A stretch of DNA of 64,000 bases. Source: Kofleriaceae bacterium. Its GTDB lineage: Bacteria > Myxococcota_A > Polyangia > Haliangiales > Haliangiaceae. Both the position numbers and the translations under genes were made by a program. Within the stretch, counting starts at the first letter, position 1. Every line of letters begins with the position of its first letter. Positions 32,450 through 42,251 of this stretch are shown here, one piece after another. The stretch lies in NCBI GenBank assembly GCA_965215005.1, contig CBDCCZ010000054.1, positions 128,001-192,000 of the forward strand, read 5' to 3'. The notes beneath the pieces are model-generated. The model was not told where the DNA came from and ran no database searches. It saw nothing but the letters and a program-made list of their open reading frames with translations.

Positions 32450-34577
32450 TCAGAAGCTAGCCAGATACTCGAGCCAGAACCAGTGCTCGGGAGACGGCTG
32501 GCGCGTGACGGTGGAGCTGCGATCGTCGAGCCACATGTAGAGGTCGTAGCGCAGCCGCAGGCTGTCGGCGTTGCGCAGACGCACCGCGAGGTCGACGTAC
32601 GACCACAGCGATTGCTCGAGGCGCTCGTTGTCGGTGATGTCTTCGAATAGATATCGCATCCTGCCGCGCACCCCGCACCCGCTCGGTCGGCTTGACCATG
32701 GCGACGAGCCAGGTGGAGACGTCCTGACGGTCTTCGCTCATGGGCCGCTCGGGCTCGACGATGAGCTCGTGGGTGTATTGGCCCGCCAGGCTCCAGCGAC
32801 GGCTGGGGGCGTAACGCAGACGAGCCGCGAGCTCGAGCTCGCGATCGTCACAGCCAATGAGCTCGCCGCCCTCCGCAACGGTGATGCGCGCCGCTTCGTC
32901 GCAGCCATCGCTCGGGCCGCGGTCGCGATACTCCACCCACAAGCCACTGGCAAAGCTGCGCGTGAGGTCGACGTCGGCGCGCGCAAAGCTCGTATGAGCG
33001 AGCGCCGTTGTCGAGAGTGGCGTCCACACATCGACGCTCGCGCGCACCGCCACGCGGTCGAGGCGAGCGCGGTACTGCACGCGTGCACCGGTTTCATCGC
33101 GGGCGCGGTTGCCATCGTTTTCATCGGCAGCGGCGATGGGACGAGCGAAGGGATTGGCAAATCCTTCGCCGTAGTAGCGGACGACCGCTTCGAGCTCACT
33201 GTCGTCCCAGGTGGCGGTGGCGCGGGTGATGGCACCGAAGTCGCCACCGCTGGGCATGGAATCGAAGCTGCGCGCTGCTTCGACGAAGACGTCGAGCCAG
33301 CGATGGCCCCACGCGGCATCGACACCAACGGCGCCAAACGGGCCGCCGTAGGGCGTGCGCGCCCACTCTTGAAAGTCGAGGTCAATGCCGTCGACGAGCC
33401 AGTCGACGCGCGCGCCATAGCCAGTAACGCCAAGGTGGGTGCGGCGGTTGGTGGCGTAGCTGAGGTTGCCGCCGGCAAGCTCTTCGCGATAGAGCGACGG
33501 CAGAGTCTGAAAACTCAGCCGACCGGTTGGCGCCAGCAGATCGTCTTGCCGGCGATACACCGCCGGCGCGGCACACGCCGGGTCGTCATCATCGCGTGGA
33601 TCATCGCAGCGACCGGCATCGTAGATTTCGTACTGATAGACCGAGCGCGGCTGCGCGGACGCAAACGCGTAGGCTTGCAGCTCGCCCGCACCGAGCGGCA
33701 GCGAGCGCACTCCGCTCGCGACCCCGAGCAGGCCATCGCGCCAGCGAAAGTCGGGAGTCTCGTAGAGGTCGCGCCGGCCATCGCAGAGGCCAATGTCGAG
33801 CTCGCCGCGCGAGTCGCTGCACGCCCGCGACAAGCCGGTTCCACGCACCAGCTCGTCGTCGTAGTAGACGCCGTTCGGAGTGTATTCGCTGGAGTTGTCA
33901 AAGGTGAGACGCTGGCCAAAGCCGACCCGATAGGTGCCGACGATGAGCTCGTAGTCGTCGGTTTCCCAGTGGGCGTAGGCCTTCGGCACGTGCAGCGCCG
34001 GCTCGGCGGCTTCGGCGGAAAGTGCGTCTCGATTGGGGTCGAAGGCGACGTCGTCGACCCGGCGGCGGGTCAGGCTGGCGACGACTCCAACGGTGAGATC
34101 GGAGACCAATAGGCGCGCGCGAAGGCCCATGGGTGGAAGCTGCTCGTCGGCGGCGCTCCAGCGGGTTTGCGCGCGGATCCAGCCGTGAGCGCCGAGCCCC
34201 CGCTCCGGCTCGCTCAACAACAGAAACGGTGCAATGGCCAGAAATTTGGCCTCAGAGAGAGCGCCGGCCAAGACCAGGGCGGCGGGTTCGCTAATGAAGC
34301 CGGCCTCGGCGCGATAGGCCAAAATGGCGTCTACGTCTTCGTAGGTGAGGTTCGGTAGGCTGTATAGATCGGCCCGAGTCGCGGTGGACAAGTCGACGCC
34401 GCGGGCAAGGAGGATGAGCAGGTTGTCGAGGGTGTCTTCGCTGATTTGACCGGTAGAGAATAGGTCGTAGAGATCGTCTTCGCTCTCGATGTCGATGAAG
34501 ACCTCGAGAGGCACCGCGGCGGCAGGACGCGCGAGAGCAAGACAAGCAGCGACTGCAGATATCGCTACTGCGCGCAC
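32450..34577 (-). CDS. Helix-hairpin-helix (ComEA-like) outer-membrane beta-barrel protein, frameshifted at about 32671
   Basis: Signal peptide; VDLSTATRADLYSLPNLTYEDVDAILAYR HhH; GTYRVGFGQRL; amphipathic strands; C-terminus continues in ORF 32450..32671 ending WLEYLASF. Confidence 0.8.
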
Positions 34578-35035
34578 GCAACCTCGGAACACGCGCCCCA
34601 CATGCCACGGCCTTCCGAGCGGGCTCGCGCCTCGAGGCCGACGAACTCCTCGCCGCGATCGCTGCCATTGGGCGGAATCGACAGCGAACAAGCAAGTCCT
34701 TCGTCGACCAGGGTGCGATTGATGTCGACGTCGGTGCGGCGCACGTAGGCCAGCAGCCGATCGTAGTCGTCGCGGCACTCGAGGTCGTAACTGAGCTCGA
34801 CGCGCTGGCCAAGCACCAGCTCAGCGTTGCGATCGCGCGCTTCGGGGGCATAGCAGTCGCCGCGCGACAACTCGGGGGTATCGATGAGCAGATAGCGAAC
34901 CCGCTCACCACTGTCGAGGTCGATGGTGTCGCCGTCGACCACCGCGATCACGATAGCCGAGCTAGGTCCGCAGCTTTCCTCGACCAAGTCGCAACCGCAG
35001 ATAGAAACTAGGACGAGGAGCCATAGGTGCTTCAT
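34565..35035 (-). CDS. Thermonuclease (SNase) family lipoprotein
   Basis: Lipobox ICGC; VVDGDT, RVRYLLIDTPE, DYDRLLAYV. Confidence 0.92.
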   Translation of the reverse strand: MKHLWLLVLVSICGCDLVEESCGPSSAIVIAVVDGDTIDLDSGERVRYLLIDTPELSRGDCYAPEARDRNAELVLGQRVELSYDLECRDDYDRLLAYVRRTDVDINRTLVDEGLACSLSIPPNGSDRGEEFVGLEARARSEGRGMWGACSEVACAQ

Positions 35036-36744
35036 GGCAGGCACGCGTCGTTGGGGGCACCGGGGGTGCCGAAGTTGGGGGTGGGGGTGGTGCCGGTGGT
35101 GCCGTAGGAACGCGTCGTCGGGCTGTTGCAAGTCTGCTCTAAGTCTTGCGGGTCGCGTCCCACCGCGACGCCGTCAGCGAGCGCGGCGCCCGCTGCAGGA
35201 TAGGTGAGCGTGTCGAGCACCACCCCGGCTATTGCGATGCTCACGGCACCGCCGCCATTGGGCAGGGTGAGCTCGAGGAGCGCATCGAGCTCGGTGAGCA
35301 TGCCGTTGACCGTTGCATCTGCCGAGCGCACGAGCAGCGCGAGCGCGCTTGGGCCTTCGGCGCTGAGCGATAGGCAACGGGTCGATACCAGCTGCTGACA
35401 GAGCGCCGACCCATCGCAGGCAACGTCGAGATCACGCCGCAGCTCGATCCCATTTAGATCAAAGGTGCCTGCGACGGCGCGAAGCTCGACCCACTCCGCG
35501 ACGCCATCGGCACCGCTGCCTGCCGGGTCGGCCATGAGCTCGTTGACCACGAGCTCGCCGGCGCGCGGCGCGATGATGGCGCGGGTTGCACCGAGGCCGT
35601 CATCGAAACATTCGTCGTCGCCAATCTGCGCCGGACATGGAGGATTGGCCGCGCCCGGGGTGCCGAGGTCGCCAGCGCCATAGGCGGCTTGGCCGGGGCA
35701 CCAGCGCGCCTGATCGTCGTTGGCGCTGGGGGTCATCGCCTCGGGATCGAGGCTGCGCGAGGCGCCGCTTGGCACGCTCGGCCAGCTCACCTCGTCGAGC
35801 ACGAGGTCGCCGAGGCCGATGAACAGACGGCCGCTGCTGTTGGTCAAGCCGAAGTCGAACAGGAAGTCGGGGCTGGGGAGCTCGCCGTTGTCGCTGGGCG
35901 TCATCGACCGCGCGAACACCAAGTGGGTTCCGGCGCTCACCCGCAGGCACTCCATGGCGTTCCATCCGGCGTCGACCTCGGCGCGACCGGCGACCAAACC
36001 ATTGAGATCGACGTCGCGGGCGACGAACACCTCGAACCACTCGCCGCTATCGTCGCTGGAGGCTTCGGGATTTGCCATGAGCTCGGTGATCACCAAATCG
36101 CCGACCGTGGGGCTGATGAGGGCCCTAGCGATGCCATCGTCGGTGCACTCGGTGGGCACGCCGCCTACGCACGCGGGGTTGGCGGTGCCGGGCGAGCCGA
36201 GGTTGCCGGTGGCGTCGTAAGAGGCGGTGGCGGGGCACCAGTTGGCGCGATCGTCGTTGGCGCTCGCATTGGGGGCAATGGCGCCGTCGAGACCTTGGGC
36301 GATGCCATCGGCCATGTCGGCGTAGACGACAGCATCGACCTCGACCTCGCCGCAGCGAAGCAGCAACTTGCCGTCGCGATTGTTCAAGCTGCCGAGGTCG
36401 GAGCCATAGCCGTAGTCGACGTGAGCGGGCGCTAGCTCCGGCAGGACGCCGCCGAGCACGCGATACTCGCCGGGCTCGATAGCCAATCCCTCGATGCGAT
36501 GCGTCTGTTCATCGAGCCCGTCGGACTCAGCCGCGACCACGGACAATCTGCTGAGGTCGATCGCCGCGTCACTCGCGTTGTAGATCTCGAGCCACTCGAG
36601 GCCATCGTCGTCGCCATCGGGATTGGCGAGGACCTCGGTGATGATGAGAGCTCCCGCCGCGATGGAGGTGCACGGCGGCAGCTCGGCAGCTTCTTGCGAG
36701 CCGCACGCGGCGAGACATACGACCGCGAGGACGATGCGTGTCAT
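35032..36744 (-). CDS. Lipoprotein with three lamin-tail domains
   Basis: Lipobox LAAC; 3x L(I/V)(I/V)(T/N)E..A(N/D)P..EW.E and G(S/T)PG..N. Confidence 0.88.
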   Translation of the reverse strand: MTRIVLAVVCLAACGSQEAAELPPCTSIAAGALIITEVLANPDGDDDGLEWLEIYNASDAAIDLSRLSVVAAESDGLDEQTHRIEGLAIEPGEYRVLGGVLPELAPAHVDYGYGSDLGSLNNRDGKLLLRCGEVEVDAVVYADMADGIAQGLDGAIAPNASANDDRANWCPATASYDATGNLGSPGTANPACVGGVPTECTDDGIARALISPTVGDLVITELMANPEASSDDSGEWFEVFVARDVDLNGLVAGRAEVDAGWNAMECLRVSAGTHLVFARSMTPSDNGELPSPDFLFDFGLTNSSGRLFIGLGDLVLDEVSWPSVPSGASRSLDPEAMTPSANDDQARWCPGQAAYGAGDLGTPGAANPPCPAQIGDDECFDDGLGATRAIIAPRAGELVVNELMADPAGSGADGVAEWVELRAVAGTFDLNGIELRRDLDVACDGSALCQQLVSTRCLSLSAEGPSALALLVRSADATVNGMLTELDALLELTLPNGGGAVSIAIAGVVLDTLTYPAAGAALADGVAVGRDPQDLEQTCNSPTTRSYGTTGTTPTPNFGTPGAPNDACLP

Positions 36745-37874
36745 AGAGACTCCTCCGCCTTTGGCAGCCCGGGCACCTTCTCGGAGCCGGAAATCTGGCC
36801 AGGTCGATCGACGACGATTTGCAGCACGCGGCGCTTCTTGCGCCGGTCCTCATACTCGCTCACGAAGCCGCGTACGACGATGTATTCGCCGTCGAAGCGG
36901 GCGATGTTGCTGGTGCCGAATACGTCTTTGTCGAAGAAAATCAGCGGAAAATCGTTGAACATGCGCCGACTGAGCAACACGCGCGTAGGGCCGCGATCGC
37001 CGAGACGTATCGCACCCACGGAGCCGAGCAACGTCACTTCTTTGCCGAGGTGCTGCTCGAGCCGAGCGATGGCGTCCCAGTTGGTCAGCGCGATGTGGTC
37101 GGCTTTGTCGCCAGCGGACGCTTCGAAGGCCGCGATGAAGTCGGCTCGCGCGTTCCACCACGCGGTGCGCTCGTCGTAGTCGGGGTAGTGCCGCTTGGCT
37201 GGGTCCCAAATTCCGAGCTGCTGCTTCCGCGCTTCGGCCTCGGCGGCGACGAACTCGTCGTGAAACCGGCGCGAGTAGCCATACTTGGTGAAGTACGGGC
37301 TCATGCCGGCACGCACGGCTTCGACGTTGTAGTTGCGCCAGCGGCCGTCTTTGAACGCGAACACGTAGGCAAGGTAGCGGCCATAGCGGCCGCGAATCTC
37401 TTTGGGATGATCGCGCTCGAGGCGAACCCGCTCGACGCCCGCGAAGAACGCCTTGGCGAATTGTTTTGCCTCTTCCCCTAGCGGCGTTGCGTACTTGGCG
37501 GGACGCAGGCGCTCGCCGCGCTGCGCGACCCGGTACCCCGCCCAGTCCGCTTCGACGGCGCGGCGATCTTTTTCCTTCTTGAAGGTCTCTTCGGTGTCGA
37601 TCGCGAGCAATCGCAGCGTCGTGTCGAGCCCTTCTACTTTCAACGTGTCGCCGTCGACTACGCCATCGGAGGCCAGCGCCATCTCGCCGAGCAAAAGCTC
37701 TGGCGACTCCAGCGTCGCCAGGGTCTCTTGGGCGTCTTCTCGAGCGTAACGGCGAGCCTCTGCAGCGCCGCCGCAACCGCCGCTGCAACTGCCGCTGACT
37801 GCTACGACGAGCGCGCCGAGGACCGCACTAGGCAGCCACGGAACGGTGCGTTTGGGCGCTAAAGGAGGTCGCAT
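36741..37874 (-). CDS. Exported thermonuclease with C-terminal OB-fold-like domain
   Basis: VVDGDT, LRLLAIDTEE, RYGRYLAYV; C-terminal GKEVTLLG..VVRGFV..LQIVV. Confidence 0.88.
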   Translation of the reverse strand: MRPPLAPKRTVPWLPSAVLGALVVAVSGSCSGGCGGAAEARRYAREDAQETLATLESPELLLGEMALASDGVVDGDTLKVEGLDTTLRLLAIDTEETFKKEKDRRAVEADWAGYRVAQRGERLRPAKYATPLGEEAKQFAKAFFAGVERVRLERDHPKEIRGRYGRYLAYVFAFKDGRWRNYNVEAVRAGMSPYFTKYGYSRRFHDEFVAAEAEARKQQLGIWDPAKRHYPDYDERTAWWNARADFIAAFEASAGDKADHIALTNWDAIARLEQHLGKEVTLLGSVGAIRLGDRGPTRVLLSRRMFNDFPLIFFDKDVFGTSNIARFDGEYIVVRGFVSEYEDRRKKRRVLQIVVDRPGQISGSEKVPGLPKAEESL

Positions 37875-38479
37875 GCTGGATTTGCCTCGCCAGGCGTGCC
37901 GGGCACGCCGAGGTGAATGGTGTCGCTGGGGTCGCGGCGGTTATCGACGCACCAGCGCGACTCGTCGTCATTGGCATCGGCCGCCGGCTCGGCGGCACCA
38001 TCGAGCGCTAGGCTGCCGGTGCGCGGCAGGCTGCGATAGACGATGCGGTCGATGCGCTCGCCGCATGCGATGGCGGTGACGGCGGCGCTGCTGTAGAGGC
38101 TGCGATCGAAGTCGGGCAAAAACGCGTAGGAAACGTGGGGAGGGCGCGTGGCGCGGCGCTGGCGACCTAACACCGCATAGCTGTCAGCCATCACCAGCAG
38201 CTGCTCGCGCACGAGGATGCGCGCCTGCTCAGTGCCATCGAGCTTCATGATCTCGACGGTGAGACCGCGCAGATCAATATCACTGCCGCTGGCGTTGTAG
38301 AGCTCGAGCCACTCGCCCCAGGTATCGCTGCCGCTTTGCGGGCCACGCACCTCGGTAATCACCAGCTCGCCCGGGGCGAGCTCCGGGCAAATCGGCGCGA
38401 GCGGCTCGCGAGCACAGCCGCCGGCGACGACCAGCCCTGAGACGGCGACAACCGCCCACGCACCTAGACTCGCAACCAC
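37859..38479 (-). CDS. Single lamin-tail-domain lipoprotein
   Basis: Lipobox AGGC; LVITEVRG..EWLELYNAS; GTPGEANP; start estimated. Confidence 0.85.
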   Translation of the reverse strand: MVASLGAWAVVAVSGLVVAGGCAREPLAPICPELAPGELVITEVRGPQSGSDTWGEWLELYNASGSDIDLRGLTVEIMKLDGTEQARILVREQLLVMADSYAVLGRQRRATRPPHVSYAFLPDFDRSLYSSAAVTAIACGERIDRIVYRSLPRTGSLALDGAAEPAADANDDESRWCVDNRRDPSDTIHLGVPGTPGEANPACDLL

Positions 38480-38652
38480 GGCCGGGCAACATACCCTGGT
38501 GCACGCCGTGCGCGGCTGTAAGCCCGGCAACAACTCGATGACAATCCATTCACCGCGGGCGACCTTGCTCGGCTCGAGGTCGCAGATTCGCGCCGCGGGC
38601 GGTGCGAAGGTCAGCTCAGGCGAGCGCCAAGTCATGGGGTAAGGTGCCGTCG

Positions 38653-38961
38653 ATGCCGATCAAGTTTTCAGCGGGGCAGATCATCCACCACAAGCGCTTT
38701 GGCTATCGCGGAGTCATCGTGGGCGCTGACGAGCGCTTCGAGGGAACCGAGGAGTGGTACCAAACGGTGGCGGTGTCGCGGCCGCCACGGGATCGGCCTT
38801 GGTATCACGTGTTGGTCGACGGCTCCGAAAACGAGACCTACGTGGCGGAGCGGAATCTCGAGCTCGACGATTCCATCGAGCCGGTCGAGCATCCGCTTGT
38901 GGACATGTTCTTCGACGAGATCATCGGTGGTCGCTACGTACGCAACCGCCTGCTCAATTGA
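38653..38961 (+). CDS. hspQ: Heat shock protein HspQ (YccV-like)
   Basis: KFSAGQIIHHKRFGYRGVI..PWYHVLVD..TYVAERNL. Confidence 0.92.
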   Translation: MPIKFSAGQIIHHKRFGYRGVIVGADERFEGTEEWYQTVAVSRPPRDRPWYHVLVDGSENETYVAERNLELDDSIEPVEHPLVDMFFDEIIGGRYVRNRLLN

Positions 38962-39041
38962 GCGAGTGACACGGTGAAGGCCAACGGCGGCATCGCTTGG
39001 CGAGTGAGAGTGCGGCGCGGCTTAGGCGCGCGGTGGTGGCC

Positions 39042-40127
39042 GTGAGCGCGCTGCAGGCCCTGCCGCGCACGGCGCGGGTGGTGATCATTGGCGGCGGCTT
39101 TGCTGGCGCGGCAACGGCCTATCACCTGGTGCGCGCCGGAGTACGCGAGGTGGTGGTCCTCGAGCGCGAGGCGTTCTGGGGGTATCACGCCAGCGGGCGC
39201 AACGCGGCTCTTGCGCGGCAAATCACCGAAGACGAGGTGACCTCGCAGCTCACTACGGCCGGCGCAGCGTTTCTTCGCGATCCGCCGCCAGGGTTTGCTG
39301 AGGCGCCGCTGTTGCGGCCCACGGGATCGATCTTGCTGGTTGATGACGATGCCGCGGCGGAGCGCTTGCTGGCGTCGGCGGGGAGGCTTGGGGTGCCGGC
39401 GGAGCGCATCGATGCTGTACGCATCGCGGCGCGCTGGCCGCGTATGCCGCAGCTCGGCAGCCAAGGGGTATATTTTGCGACCGACGGGGTCATCGACGTC
39501 CACGCGCTTCTGCATGGGTTTCTCGCCGGAGCACGACGCGGCGGTGCGCGGCTCGCGCTCGAGACCGAGGTGCTCGGGCTGCGCGCGAGTGCGGCTGGTG
39601 TCGAGGTGGTCACCAGCCGCGGAACGCTCACCGCAAGCGTCGTGGTCAATGCCGCCGGCGCTTGGGTAGCTCCCGTTGGCGCGCTCGCCGGTGCGCGCGC
39701 CACGTTCCATCCGATCAAGCGGCATCTATTCGTGACCGAGGCTGTCGAGGTCGATCGCGGCGCGCCGCTCTTGTGGAACATCGGAGCGCGCGAGGTCTAC
39801 GCGCGGCCCGAGGGGGCAGGGCTGCTGCTTTCAGGCTGCGACGAGCGGGTGGTGCAGCCGCATGATGCAGTGCCTGATGCCGATGCGGTTGCCGCGCTTG
39901 CCACGCGCCTCGCGAAGGCGGCGCCGGCGCTCTTAGAGCTGGGAATCGCGCGCAGCTGGGCGTGCTTGCGCACGTTTGCACCGGATAGGCGGCCGGTGAT
40001 CGGCTGGGATGCCGACGTCCCGTGGCTGTTTTGGGTGGCGGGGCTCGGCGGTCACGGCGCCACGGCGAGCAGCGCGGTTGGTGAGTCGGCGGCGGCGCTG
40101 CTCGTCGCTCGGCTGGGACCTTCGTAG
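39042..40127 (+). CDS. FAD-dependent oxidoreductase (DAO family)
   Basis: IIGGGFAG, ASGRNA, VVNAAGAW, GLGGHG; start uncertain. Confidence 0.9.
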   Translation: MSALQALPRTARVVIIGGGFAGAATAYHLVRAGVREVVVLEREAFWGYHASGRNAALARQITEDEVTSQLTTAGAAFLRDPPPGFAEAPLLRPTGSILLVDDDAAAERLLASAGRLGVPAERIDAVRIAARWPRMPQLGSQGVYFATDGVIDVHALLHGFLAGARRGGARLALETEVLGLRASAAGVEVVTSRGTLTASVVVNAAGAWVAPVGALAGARATFHPIKRHLFVTEAVEVDRGAPLLWNIGAREVYARPEGAGLLLSGCDERVVQPHDAVPDADAVAALATRLAKAAPALLELGIARSWACLRTFAPDRRPVIGWDADVPWLFWVAGLGGHGATASSAVGESAAALLVARLGPS

Positions 40128-40130
40128 CGG

Positions 40131-40436
40131 TTAACGCGTCTTCTCACACGCCGCCAGGTCATCGAACGACTTGGCGCGGAGCCCACACGCGACCTGCTTC
40201 TGGGGCGTTTCATTGGTGCATTTGGTGACGAAATCGGCGCGCACGTGCTCAGAGAGCTCTTTGCGCTGCGCTTCGAGATCCGCTTTCATCTCGCCACTGA
40301 GCTCGTCGGTGCCGAGGTCGGCGAGCTCGAGGTCGATGATGGTGTCGAGCAGTTTGTCGCAGTCGGCTTTAGACGCTTTATCGCCGCAGGCGGAGGCCAG
40401 GACCAGCGCCAGGAGACAGCCGAGGTGTGCGCGCAT
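40131..40436 (-). CDS. Small Cys-containing lipoprotein
   Basis: Lipobox ASAC; four further Cys in a helical domain. Confidence 0.75.
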   Translation of the reverse strand: MRAHLGCLLALVLASACGDKASKADCDKLLDTIIDLELADLGTDELSGEMKADLEAQRKELSEHVRADFVTKCTNETPQKQVACGLRAKSFDDLAACEKTR

Positions 40437-40449
40437 GGTCAAAATGGTA

Positions 40450-42162
40450 TCAACTTTCGCCGCCAACTGCGTGAATTCGGGCTTCGATCCGCTGCCGCAC
40501 CGGCGGGCTTGGATCTTCCGCGCGCGCCCGCTCGAGTAGCTCCAGGCCCCGCTCTCGCTCACCGCGCGTGAGATAGAGCTCGCCCAGATGCCAAAGAATT
40601 TCTGGCTCCCGGGGGCTGAGGCGAGCGGCGCGCAGGAGCATCGCCTCGGCTTCTCGATAGCGCTGCAGGCGAACCAACAGCCAGCCGTAGCTATCGAGGA
40701 CGTAGCCGCTCAGCGGCGCGAGCTCTAGGGCGCGGCTGAGCAGCCGCTCGGCGCGGGCGAGCTCGACGCCGCGGTCGGCGAGGGAGTAGCCGAGGAAATT
40801 GAGCGCTGAGACGTGATCGGGCTCGAGGGCCAAGATGCGCTCGAGAAACGCCACCGCGCGGCGCGGCGCGCCCAGCCGATCCTCGAGGGTTCCGGCGGCG
40901 TAAAGCAGGTCGAGGTCGGCAGGATGCGCGTCTAACGCCTGCGCAAGGACTTGTCGCGCCGCTCGCGCGTCGCCGGCGCGTTCGTGGACCTGCGCGAGTG
41001 CAATCAGGAGCTCGCGATTGCCACGGCGATGCGCAAGCGCGGCCTCTGCCAGCTGGCGCGCCTGCGCAAAGCGCCCCATGCGCGAGGCGAGGTCGGCGGC
41101 CAGCGCATGCGAGCGGGCATAGACGGAGTCGTCGGTGGTCACGCCAAGGAGCAGCGGCAGCGCTTCGAGGTAGCGGTTCTGCTGCGCGAGCACTTGCGCG
41201 CGCAGCAGCTGAGCAGCAACGGCGCGATCGTTTACGGCGAGCATATCGCTAGCAAGCGCCTCCGCAGCATCGAGCTGCCCGAGTTGCAGGTACAAGTGAG
41301 CGATGGCAACGCGGGCGTGTTGCGGCAGGTCATTGCGATCGAGTAGACGGAGCAACGCGAGCGCTTCAGCAGGCGCGCCGGCATCTAAGAGCTGCCGGAA
41401 GAGCTGCTCGGCAACCCATGGGTCGCCGCCAGAGCGGTCAAAGAGCTGCTGTGAGAGCTGCGCGGCCTCGCTCGCGCGCTGCTGTTCAACGAGCGAGCGG
41501 ACCAAGAGGATGGCGGCGTCGAGATGATCAGGGTCGAGCTCGAGAACGTTGCGCAGTGGCGGCTCCGCACGAGCGTAGTCTGCTTGCGAGGCCAGCAGCT
41601 GGCCGAGCTCGAAGTAGGCCTCGATGAGCTCGGGGCGGGCCTCGATGAGCTCGCGAAGAACCGCTTCGGCGGCAGCTGGCTCACTCAGCGCGACACGCGC
41701 TTTGGTTAGAAGCAGATAGCCGCGAGCATCGTCTGGAGCGTATCGGATGGCGCGCTCAAAGGCGCGTGCCGCAGTGCGATGGGCTGCCAACGCGCGATAA
41801 ATGCGGCCGCTGGCGAGCCAGATTTCTGGCTCATGCGGCCAGCGCATCTGCGCCGCTTCGATACTGCGCCGGGCGTCGGTTAGGCGATCGGCGGCGAGCA
41901 ACGCGTCTACGAAGGCGACGAGAATAGGCGCCTGATCCGGCGCCGCCGCGGTCGCGGCACGAAATTCGCGTATGGCGAGGGGCTGGTCGCCCTCGAAGCT
42001 TGCGACGCGGCCGCGCAGATAGTGGCTGTAGGCGGAAGCCGACAGCGGCGCTGGTGGCGGCGCCGGCGCTTGCAAGGACTCGGTCCGTGAACCGCACGCA
42101 GCCAGCAGCATCGGCAAAAACAGCGCGAGCACGAGCATCGAGCGCTGCCGCGCGGCGACCAT
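40450..42162 (-). CDS. TPR-repeat lipoprotein
   Basis: Lipobox LAAC; many TPRs; ALNFLGYSLA, LDSYGW. Confidence 0.9.
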   Translation of the reverse strand: MVAARQRSMLVLALFLPMLLAACGSRTESLQAPAPPPAPLSASAYSHYLRGRVASFEGDQPLAIREFRAATAAAPDQAPILVAFVDALLAADRLTDARRSIEAAQMRWPHEPEIWLASGRIYRALAAHRTAARAFERAIRYAPDDARGYLLLTKARVALSEPAAAEAVLRELIEARPELIEAYFELGQLLASQADYARAEPPLRNVLELDPDHLDAAILLVRSLVEQQRASEAAQLSQQLFDRSGGDPWVAEQLFRQLLDAGAPAEALALLRLLDRNDLPQHARVAIAHLYLQLGQLDAAEALASDMLAVNDRAVAAQLLRAQVLAQQNRYLEALPLLLGVTTDDSVYARSHALAADLASRMGRFAQARQLAEAALAHRRGNRELLIALAQVHERAGDARAARQVLAQALDAHPADLDLLYAAGTLEDRLGAPRRAVAFLERILALEPDHVSALNFLGYSLADRGVELARAERLLSRALELAPLSGYVLDSYGWLLVRLQRYREAEAMLLRAARLSPREPEILWHLGELYLTRGERERGLELLERARAEDPSPPVRQRIEARIHAVGGES

Positions 42163-42251
42163 TCCCGCAGTATATCGCTTCGATGTTGAAGACGAGCATC
42201 GGTGATCGCTCACGGCGCAAGTTCTCGACGATCGGCACGCACCCGAGACGC

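Noticed and set aside
32660..32685. Programmed ribosomal frameshift
   Set aside because: No canonical slippery heptamer; sequencing error or mutation is simpler
32571..34112. 513 aa plus-strand ORF
   Set aside because: Antisense shadow of the HhH-barrel gene; no motifs, typical of high-GC DNA
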